Origin: Octopus sinensis
Lineage: Eukaryota
Length of the DNA: 64,000 nt
Assembly (NCBI RefSeq): GCF_006345805.1
Contig: NC_043006.1
Span: 60,140,001-60,204,000 of the forward strand
Direction: 5' to 3'
In this document: positions 52,268-64,000 of the stretch, piece after piece
Layout of the letters: every line of letters starts with the position of its first letter
How positions within the stretch are numbered: position 1 is the first letter of the stretch
The notes under the pieces: generated by a model
Seen by the model: only the letters and a program-made list of their open reading frames with translations
What the model was told of the DNA's origin: nothing
Databases searched by the model: none
Position numbers and translations under genes: made by a program

Positions 52268-52780
52268 TAGCAGTATCGCCCAGCGTTGCTCGGGTTTGTA
52301 AGGGAAATAACTATATAAGCATTTTTAGAGAGTTACTTCCTTTATAGATGCCAATTCGGGCTTTCTTAGCCATTTCTGTTTTGGTGTCTTCAAGCCATGA
52401 AGTCGTTGTTCTAAAAGAACGCTGTCTCCTTGACAACGCATTACGACGTTGATTTCCTTAAACTCCCTTCCCCACAGCTTCACGAGGGAGGGAAGAAGGG
52501 GGAGAAGCAAACACAGGTGCAGGTGTTTGAGCGTGGACGCCAACTCCGCCGCCATCGACACACGAAAAATGATGCATTAAAATGGAATAAAAAATGATGT
52601 TAAATTATTTTTAAAATCGTAGACTCATCGTAGACGCGCGCTAATAGCCAGACGGGCTCGATATTAATCACGACTATAAGATACCCGAATTTGGTTAAAC
52701 TGCACCGCAAAATGTGGGAGGAGTTAGAAATCTAAATCGTAGGAGACAGACACTCACACAACTACAGTTTTATATATATA
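52267..52780 (-). mobile_element. Non-autonomous Helitron-like element (different family)
   Basis: CTAG at 52267 next to the GC-rich imperfect hairpin CCCAGCGTTGCTCGGG; the other end GACAGACACTCACAC..GTTTTATATATA mirrors the 5' end type of 40985. Confidence 0.55.
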
Positions 52781-53272
52781 TATATATGTATATCTACGCG
52801 GGTGCATACATATTGTTTTAATTATATTTTTATACACGCTCATGCACACATAAAAAACACTGTCAGTTACAAGAATCACAAATATCCAAAACTTCTTCAC
52901 CACTCTTCCAGCTTCATTCTTCCTCTTAAAAAGAAAGCTTTCGTCTACCTAAACTATATGTCGTACCACTGCACGACTGTCTGTCTGCTAATATTGCTGA
53001 TGGACGTGCAGCATGTCACGGGCATTTCACATATAAAGCCCAAGATTATGTGGAAAAAGTGTGAAGACCGTCAATTGACTTTCTTCCAAAAAGCACCAAA
53101 AAATTATTTGGAAATTATAAAGAGAAACGAATGGTAGATTCGGACTGTCGGCAATTTAAAACCACAAATTAAAAAAAAAATTAGTGGAGAGAGAGGTTTC
53201 TTTTTTTGGCTTAATCATATCACTTCCATTATGCAGGGTTTTAGCACGTGCTTACATCATATTTCTACCCAA

Positions 53273-53314
<42 letters not shown>

Positions 53315-53499
53315 ACACACACATATATATATATATACACATAGCAATAAGAAAATGTAGGGGTCAATAGGTGGTTCATCATCTTTTAGACATTATATTA
53401 TGTTAACTTATTTTCTGCCAGCAGTATATTGGATAGATATTATCCCTTAGTGGGTTGGATTCACATCCTCTAACTTTGTTGGAGCTATATTCTCTTTAT

Positions 53500-53704
53500 A
53501 CTCTTTTTACTTGTTTCAGTCATTCGACTGCGGCCATGCTGGAGCACCGCCTTTAATCGAGAAACTCGACCCCGGGACTTATTCTTTTGTAAGCCCAGTA
53601 CTTATTCTATCGATCTCTTTTGCCGAACCGCTATGTTACGGGGACATAATCACACGAGCATCCCCCAATGCTAGGGGACAAACACAGACACACAAACACA
53701 CACA

Positions 53705-53750
<46 letters not shown>

Positions 53751-54130
53751 TACGACGGGCTTCTTTCAGTTTCCGTCTACCAAATCCACTCACAAGGCTT
53801 TGGTCGGCCCGAGGCTATAGTAGAAGACACTTGCCCAAGATGCCACGCAGTGGGACTGAACCCGGAACCATGTGGTTGGTAAGCAAGCTACTTACCACAC
53901 AGCCACTCCTGCGCCTATATATATATATGTCTTTTAGTTGTTTCAATCATCTGACTGCGGCCATGCTGGAGCACCGCCTGTAGTCAAGCAAATCGACCCC
54001 AGGACTTATTCTTTGGAAGCCTAGTACTTATTCTATCGGTCTCTTTTGCCGAACCGCTAAGTTACGGGGACGTAAACACAGCAGCATCGGTTGCCAAGCG
54101 ATGTTGGTGGTGGTGGTGGGGGGACAAACA
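53500..54130 (-). mobile_element. Tandem SINE family B copies (53500-53915 full; 53930-54130 3' part)
   Basis: Both match family B. Confidence 0.88.
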
Positions 54131-54574
54131 CAGACAGACAAACATATTCACACACATACATACATACATACATTCATACATACATACATACATGGTGGCT
54201 GCCCCCTCGTATTCGAGTATGGCCATTGCACGAAGCTTAATCATCAATGTTGTTATCGTGCAATGCCTGTGCAAGAAGATTTTTTTAAAAGTCAATCCCA
54301 CTCACTAAGCAACAGCAGCCATAATTCGAAAAGAAGGACAAGTCAACATCATCGGTAACCACTGAGCCGCAGGTTTTATATCGGAGTTATCCCAGTTACA
54401 TGAATTACCTTCTCCTAGAAGGATGCCCTAACAAAAGCTAGGAGACCTTCACTCCCAATGGTTTAACCGCGCGATCAGGTATTCAGTCCGATTATTTCTA
54501 TGTCTCCGCGCATGATACAGCCTTATGACATACATACATACATACATACATACATACATACATACATACATACA

Positions 54575-54613
<39 letters not shown>

Positions 54614-54689
54614 GACGGGCTTCTTTCAGCTTCCGTCTACTAAATCCACTCACAAGGCTTTGGTCAGCCCGAGGCTAAAGTAGATGACA

Positions 54690-54935
54690 GACCGGGCGTT
54701 GTGTGTTGCGTATTGAGCGAAAACGCCTAAAGCTCCACGAGGCACCGGCAGGGGCTGGTGGTGGCGACCCATGTTGTACTCTTTCGCCCCAACTTTCTCT
54801 CACTCCTTCTTCCTGTTTCTTGAGTAACGCTGCGATGGACTGGCGTCCCGTCCAGCTGGGCGGGGTTGGGGGAAACACATATGCCATGGAAACCGGGCCC
54901 ATGAGCCTGGCTAGGCTTGAAAAATGCGCATAAAT
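54690..54935 (+). mobile_element. SINE family C, tail type 2, head missing, fused to a family B fragment
   Basis: CAGACCGGGCGTTGTG..GGCTAGGCTTGAAAA follows a family B minus-strand fragment at ~54612-54685. Confidence 0.85.
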
Positions 54936-55762
54936 AAAAAAAAAAAATATATATATATACCTGTGTGTGTGTGTGTGTGTCTGTGTTTGTTTGTTTGCTA
55001 GTGTCTGGTTTTCCTTTAGCTTTTTGTTGACTTATACATATCAACAAATAAGCCAACGAGGTACTCTGCGTGTGGTTGCTCGATTTGCTAGAAATAACAG
55101 CCAAATCTCCCTCATACTATGCTCTTGTTAGTATTAAGGAAACGGGAAATGTTTACTCCTCTCCATCATTACGATTAAGATTAATATTTTTGATTTTGTT
55201 CGGCTCTCTGAAATATAATTTTTTTAAACGCTTCTGTCCATTGCTTGACATAAGAAATTGGAAAATTCTGACCAAAACAGAGAAATTCTAACATGACAAA
55301 AAATATAGAAAGAGAGAAAAAAGGTTCTGATTTCCAAAGCCAGAAGAGGATTTTAGCTGGGGTGTTTATTTCATAATTCAAAGAAATTCAAAATATAAAT
55401 ATTACAATATAAAACCTACCACGTTATCTGGTGTATAACTGCAGTTCATATAGGTACAAAGCCTAAAACAAATGTGTGTGTATGTGATTGGGTCTTTAAA
55501 AGCCAGGGGTCAATTTAAGTTCAGTCGTAAAAAGGAATTCAAAACGGCAACACACGCAATCCTATACATACAAACATACCCATACATACATAAATACATA
55601 CCTATCAGTCATTCCCAAAAGCCAATTTGATCCAAAATTCTGACCACTATTCTTTCTATAAAGTTAATCCAAACATGAAAGCACAAAGAGAAAACACAAC
55701 AACGCGAGGATGTGGAACAAGTATAATGTTATTGGACGCTCCGGAAAGGAAAGAAAGAAGGA

Positions 55763-55802
55763 GAATTTAACGTTTCGAGCGGAGCTCTTCGTCAGAAACA
55801 TA
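55763..55802 (-). ncRNA. Candidate minimal hammerhead motif in a Penelope-like repeat
   Basis: The minus strand reads atgttt CTGACGA a GAGC tcc GCTC GAAAC GTT aaattc: canonical core, 4-bp stem II, palindromic ACGT stem III, weak stem I (3 bp). Confidence 0.5.
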
Positions 55803-58292
55803 GAAAAAGGAAAGATCCAAGGAAGGGAAGACGGATGAAAAAGATCGCTGCACAAGCGCGCGCACAAACACACACACACACACACACACACAAGCACATA
55901 CACACAGATATACACACACACGCACACGCAAACACACACACACACACACACACACTCAATTTAGCTTTTCACTTTTATTCATTAGTTTTGGTTTTTAATT
56001 GTCTGTCACTATTCATCTGTTTTTAGTTTTGTTTTTGTTTTGGGGGTTTCATTTTAGGGATACCATTTACACATGGTTCCAGGAATTTGATTGGTGTCGT
56101 CGAGGTGGAAAAAGTGATTTTTAAGGTTTTGAAAATTTGAAACAAAAAAGGCATAGTTTTTTTATACTGACTGTTGCAGAGATGTGAAAATATGGCTACT
56201 ATTCGTTAATTTCAAATTAAACTTACCAAAGACGAGGGTCTTCCAGCGCTCCCTAGTACCCCTCCCTCAGTCTCTTAACGCCTCCTAGTGATCCTTTGCT
56301 CCTAAACTCCACCCTCAAGCTCCAAATGGCTACCCACGAGAGTCATATGGCCCTCGTTGAGAATCTTTCGAGTAGACCATATTCATGCATTCATTTCTTC
56401 GGGCGATATGGCATTAATATAATGTTTCATGGGGTGGAGCATAAGGTGACGCAAAGAAGGGAAGTAATGGTAGTTATAAAGAGGTGAAGGCGCGTGTGAT
56501 GATGATGGATTTATTTTGCTATTTCTCACATCTGCATACTCAAATTGCAAAATCAGCCAGCATCACCATGCACGGCAAAAGTCACGATAGAATTAGTACC
56601 CGGCTTAAAAAATAAGTACTAGGATCAATTTCTTGCGCTAAACCAATCGAGTGGGTGGCCTAGCATGGTCGCAGTTCAACGACCAAAACAAGTGAAAGAT
56701 AAAATATATACGTGCGTGTGTGTACGTAATATGTCGTACATACATACGTACATACGTACGCACACACATACGAACGAACATACATACACACATACATACA
56801 TGCATGCATGCATGCATACATACATGCATGCATACATACATACATACATACATACAAACATACATACATACATGCATGCATACATACATACATACATACA
56901 TACAAACATACATACATACATACATACATACATACATACATACATACATACATACATGCATACATACATACATACATGCATACATACATACATACATACA
57001 TACATACAAACATACATACATACATACATACATACATACATGCATACATACATACATACATGCATGCATACATACATACATACATACATACAAACATACA
57101 TACATACATACATACATACATACATTCATACATACATACATACATACATACATACATACATACATACATACATGCATACATACATACATACATGCATACA
57201 TACATACATACATACATACATACATACATACATGCATACATACATGCATGCATACATACATACATACATACATACATACATACATACATGCATGCATACA
57301 TACATGCATGCATACATACATACATACATACATACATACATACATACATGCATGCATACATACATACATACATACATACATACATACATACATACATACA
57401 TACATGCATGCATGCATGCATACATACATACATACATACATACATACATGCATGCATGCATGCATGCATACATACATACATACATACATACATACATACA
57501 TACATACATACATGCATGCATGCATGCATGCATACATACATACATACATACATACATACATGCATGCATGCATGCATGCATACATACATACATGCATGCA
57601 TGCATGCATGCATGCATGCATGCATGCATACATACATACATACATACATACATACATACATGCATGCATGCATGCATGCATGCATGCATACATACATACA
57701 TACATACATACATACATACATACATGCATGCATGCATGCATACATACATACATACATACATGCATGCATGCATGCATGCATGCATACATGCATGCATGCA
57801 TGCATACATACATACATGCATGCATGCATGCATGCATGCATGCACACATACATACATACATGCATGCATGCATGCATGCATGCATGCATGCATACATACA
57901 TACATACATACATACATGCATGCATGCATGCATGCATGCATGCATACATACATACATACATACATACATGCATGCATACATACATACATACATACATACA
58001 TACATGCATGCATGCATACATGCATGCATGCATGCATGCATGCATGCATGCATACATACATACATACATACATACATACATGCATGCATGCATGCATGCA
58101 TGCATACATACATGCATGAATGCATGCATGCATGCATGCATGCATACATACATACATACATACATACATACATACATACATACATACATACATACATACA
58201 TGCATGCATACATACATACATACATACATACATACACACATACATACATGCATGCATGCATACATACATGCATGCATACATACATACATACA

Positions 58293-58324
<32 letters not shown>

Positions 58325-59978
58325 CACACACACATACATACACACATACATACATACACACACATACACACACATACATACATACATACATACGTACACA
58401 CATATATACATACATACAAACATACATACATACATACATACAAACAAACATACATACATCCATACATACATACATACATACATACATACATACAAACATA
58501 CATACATACATACATACATACATACATACATACATACATACAAACAAACATACATACATACATACATACATACATCATACATACATACATATACATACAT
58601 ACATACATACATACATACAAACATACATACATACATACATACATACATACATACATCATGCATACATACATGCATGCATACATACATACATACATACATA
58701 CATACATACATACAAACATACATACATACATACATACATACAAACATACATACATACATACATACAAACATACATACATACATACATACATACAAACATA
58801 CATACATACATACATACATACATACATACATGCATGCATACATACATGCATGCATACATACATGCATGCATACATACATACATACATACATACATACATA
58901 CATGCATGCATACATACATACATACATGCATGCATGCATGCATGCATACATACATGCATACATACATACATACATACATACATACATACATACATACATG
59001 CATGCATACATACATACATACATACATGCATGCATGCATGCATGCATACATGCATGCATACATACATACATACATACATACATACATACATACATACATG
59101 CATGCATACATACATGCATGCATACATGCATGCATACATACATACATACATACATACATGCATGCATACATACATACATACATACATACATGCATGCATG
59201 CATGCATACATGCATGCATACATACATACATACATACATACATACATACATACATACATACATACATGCATGCATACATACACACATACATGCATGCATG
59301 CATGCATACATGCATGCATGCATACATACATACATACATACATACATACATACATACATGCATGCATGCATGCATGCATACATACATACATACATACATA
59401 CATACATACATGCATGCATGCATGCATACATACATACATACATACATACATGCATGCACGCATGCATGCATGCATACATACATGCATGCATGCATACATA
59501 CATACATACATACATACATACATGCATGCATACATACACACATGCATGCATGCATACATACATACATACATACATACATACATACATACATACATACATG
59601 CATGCATGCATACATACATACATACATACATACATACATACATACATGCATGCATGCATGCATGCATACATACATACATACATACATACATACATACATA
59701 CATACATACATGCATGCATACATGCACACATACATACATGCATGCATGCATGCATGCATACATGCATGCATGCATACATACATACATACATACATACATA
59801 CCTACATGCATGCATACATACACACATACATGCATGCATGCATGCATGCATACATACATGCATGCATACATACATACATACATACATACATACATACATA
59901 CATACATGCATGCATACATACACACATACATACAAACATACATACATACATACATACATACATACAAACATACATGCA
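55788..59978. repeat. Tandem duplication unit 1 (4191 bp)
   Basis: TTCGTCAGAAACATAG at 55788 recurs at 59979; the unique segment differs only by single-C insertions. Confidence 0.95.
56735..59978. repeat. ~3.2-kb mixed (CATA)n/(CATG)n tetranucleotide satellite
   Basis: Read directly from the sequence; repeated at ~60930-64000. Confidence 0.98.
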
Positions 59979-62473
59979 TTCGTCAGAAACATAGAAAAAG
60001 GAAAGATCCAAGGAAGGGAAGACGGATGAAAAAGATCGCTGCACAAGCGCGCGCACAAACACACACACACACACACACACACAAGCACATACACACAGAT
60101 ATACACACACACGCACACGCAAACACACACACACACACACACACACTCAATTTAGCTTTTCACTTTTATTCATTAGTTTTGGTTTTTAATTGTCTGTCAC
60201 TATTCATCTGTTTTTAGTTTTGTTTTTGTTTTGGGGGTTTCATTTTAGGGATACCATTTACACATGGTTCCAGGAATTTGATTGGTGTCGTCGAGGTGGA
60301 AAAAGTGATTTTTAAGGTTTTGAAAATTTGAAACAAAAAAGGCATAGTTTTTTTATACTGACTGTTGCAGAGATGTGAAAATATGGCTACTATTCGTTAA
60401 TTTCAAATTAAACTTACCAAAGACGAGGGTCTTCCAGCGCTCCCTAGTACCCCTCCCTCAGTCTCTTAACGCCTCCTAGTGATCCTTTGCTCCTAAACTC
60501 CACCCTCAAGCTCCAAATGGCTACCCACGAGAGTCATATGGCCCTCGTTGAGAATCTTTCGAGTAGACCATATTCATGCATTCATTTCTTCGGGCGATAT
60601 GGCATTAATATAATGTTTCATGGGGTGGAGCATAAGGTGACGCAAAGAAGGGAAGTAATGGTAGTTATAAAGAGGTGAAGGCGCGTGTGATGATGATGGA
60701 TTTATTTTGCTATTTCTCACATCTGCATACTCAAATTGCAAAATCAGCCCAGCATCACCATGCACGGCAAAAGTCACCGATAGAATTAGTACCCGGCTTA
60801 AAAAATAAGTACTAGGATCAATTTCTTGCGCTAAACCAATCGAGTGGGTGGCCTAGCATGGTCGCAGTTCAACGACCAAAACAAGTGAAAGATAAAATAT
60901 ATACGTGCGTGTGTGTACGTAATATGTCGTACATACATACGTACATACGTACGCACACACATACGAACGAACATACATACACACATACATACATGCATGC
61001 ATGCATGCATACATACATGCATGCATACATACATACATACATACATACAAACATACATACATACATGCATGCATACATACATACATACATACATACAAAC
61101 ATACATACATACATACATACATACATACATACATACATACATACATACATACATGCATACATACATACATACATGCATACATACATACATACATACATAC
61201 ATACAAACATACATACATACATACATACATACATACATGCATACATACATACATACATGCATGCATACATACATACATACATACATACAAACATACATAC
61301 ATACATACATACATACATACATTCATACATATACATACATACATACATACATACATACATACATGCATACATACATACATACATGCATACATACATACAT
61401 ACATACATACATACATACATACATACATGCATACATACATGCATGCATACATACATACATACATACATACATACATACATACATGCATGCATACATACAT
61501 GCATGCATACATACATACATACATACATACATACATACATACATACATGCATGCATACATACATACATACATACATACATACATACATACATACATACAT
61601 ACATGCATGCATGCATGCATACATACATACATACATACATACATACATGCATGCATGCATGCATGCATACATACATACATACATACATACATACATACAT
61701 ACATACATACATGCATGCATGCATGCATGCATACATACATACATACATACATACATAATGCATGCATGCATACATACATACATGCATGCATGCATGCATG
61801 CATGCATGCATGCATGCATACATACATACATACATACATAATACATACATGCATGCATGCATGCATGCATGCATGCATACATACATACATACATACAACA
61901 TACATACTACACATGCATGCATGCATACATACATACATACATACATGCATGCATGCATGCATGCATGCATACATGCATGCATGCATGCACTACATACATA
62001 CATGCATGCATGCATGCATGCATGCATGCACACATACATACATACATGCATGCATGCATGCATGCATGCATGCATGCATACATACATACATACATACATA
62101 CATGCATGCATGCATGCATGCATGCATGCATACATACATACATACATACATACATGCATGCATACATACATACATACATACATACATACATGCATGCATG
62201 CATACATGCATGCATGCATGCATGCATGCATGCATGCATACATACATACATACATACATACATACATGCATGCATGCTGCATGCATGCATACATACATGC
62301 ATGAATGCATGCATGCATGCATGCATGCATACATACATACATACATACATACATACATACATACATACATACATACATACATGCATGCATACATACATAC
62401 ATACATACATACATACACACATACATACATGCATGCATGCATACATACATGCATGCATACATACATACATACA

Positions 62474-62505
<32 letters not shown>

Positions 62506-63736
62506 CACACACACATACATACACACATACATACATACACACACATACACACACATACATACATACATACATACGTACACACATATATACATACATACAA
62601 ACATACATACATACATACATACAAACAAACATACATACATCCATACATACATACATACATACATACATACATACAAACATACATACATACATACATACAT
62701 ACATACATACATACATACATACAAACAAACATACATACATACATACATACATACATACATACATACATACATACATACATACATACATACATACATACAA
62801 ACATACATACATACATACATACATACATACATACATGCATGCATACATACATGCATGCATACATACATACATACATACATACATACATACATACAAACAT
62901 ACATACATACATACATACATACAAACATACATACATACATACATACAAACATACATACATACATACATACATACAAACATACATACATACATACATACAT
63001 ACATACATACATGCATGCATACATACATGCATGCATACATACATGCATGCATACCATACATACATACATACATACATACATACATACATACATGCATGCT
63101 ACATACATACATACATGCATGCATGCATGCATCACATACATGCATACATACACATACATACATACATACATACATACATACATACATGCATGCATACATA
63201 CATACATACATCATGCATGCATGCATGCATGCATACATGCATGCATACATACATACATACATACATACATACATACATACATACATACATGCATGCATAC
63301 ATACATGCATGCATACATGCATGCATACATACATACATACATACATACATGCATGCATACATACATACATACATACATACATGCATGCATGCATGCATAC
63401 ATGCATGCATACATACATACATACATACATACATACATACATACATACATACATGCATGCATACATACACACATACATGCATGCATGCATGCATACATGC
63501 ATGCATGCATACATACATACATACATACATACATACATACATACATGCATGCATGCATGCATGCATACATACATACATACATACATACATACATGCATGC
63601 ATCATGCATGCATACATACATACATACATACATACCATGCATGCACGCATGCATGCATGATACATGCATGCATGCATACATACATACATACATACATACA
63701 TACATGCATGCATACATACACACATGCATGCATGCA

Positions 63737-63767
<31 letters not shown>

Positions 63768-64000
63768 CATACATACATAATGCATGCATGCATACATACA
63801 TACATACATACATACATACATCATACATACATGCATGCATGCATGCATGCATACATACATAACATACATACATACATACATACATACATACATACATGCA
63901 TGCATACATGCACACATACATACATGCATGCATGCATGCATGCATACATGCATGCATGCATACATACATACATACATACATACATACCTACATGCATGCA
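59979..64000. repeat. Tandem duplication unit 2 (runs off the window)
   Basis: Colinear with 55788 onward; many scattered 1-nt indels in the array. Confidence 0.95.

Noticed and set aside
56638-63981. Very long ORFs (up to 1165 aa) of YVCM/HTYI/HACM repeats
   Set aside because: They are translations of the (CATA)/(CATG) satellite, which lacks stop codons in most frames; there is no coding signature.

Overview
AT-rich, repeat-dominated eukaryotic DNA. The SINE, microsatellite and transposon content looks like a cephalopod (Octopus-like) genome; this is inferred from recalled repeat families, not from a search. I recognise no host protein-coding gene, rRNA, bona fide tRNA or CRISPR array, and almost all long ORFs in the track are simple-repeat artefacts. 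The centrepiece is a near full-length L1/Tx1-type LINE (about 11847-17905: ORF1 with a CCHC knuckle; ORF2 with APE endonuclease, RT with intact YADD, and a C-terminal zinc finger) inserted in a (TATC)n microsatellite. That microsatellite lies in a block duplicated four times. One copy is empty, one holds the full-length LINE, and two hold a 5'-truncated copy of a diverged subfamily, which suggests repeated targeting of (TATC)n. The last ~50 nt of this LINE are homologous to the 3' tail of the commonest SINE in the window, a candidate SINE-LINE partner pair. Other contents: type I hammerhead ribozyme motifs in Penelope-like terminal repeats, decayed GIY-YIG fragments, a full-length dead DD37D (maT) transposon, mariner fragments, CR1/L2-like LINE fragments, two Helitron-like non-autonomous elements, a small LTR remnant with a TSD, several long foldback palindromes, four tRNA-derived SINE families, and a 4191-bp tandem duplication carrying a >3 kb (CATA)/(CATG) array that may be an assembly artefact. 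All alignments were made by eye.
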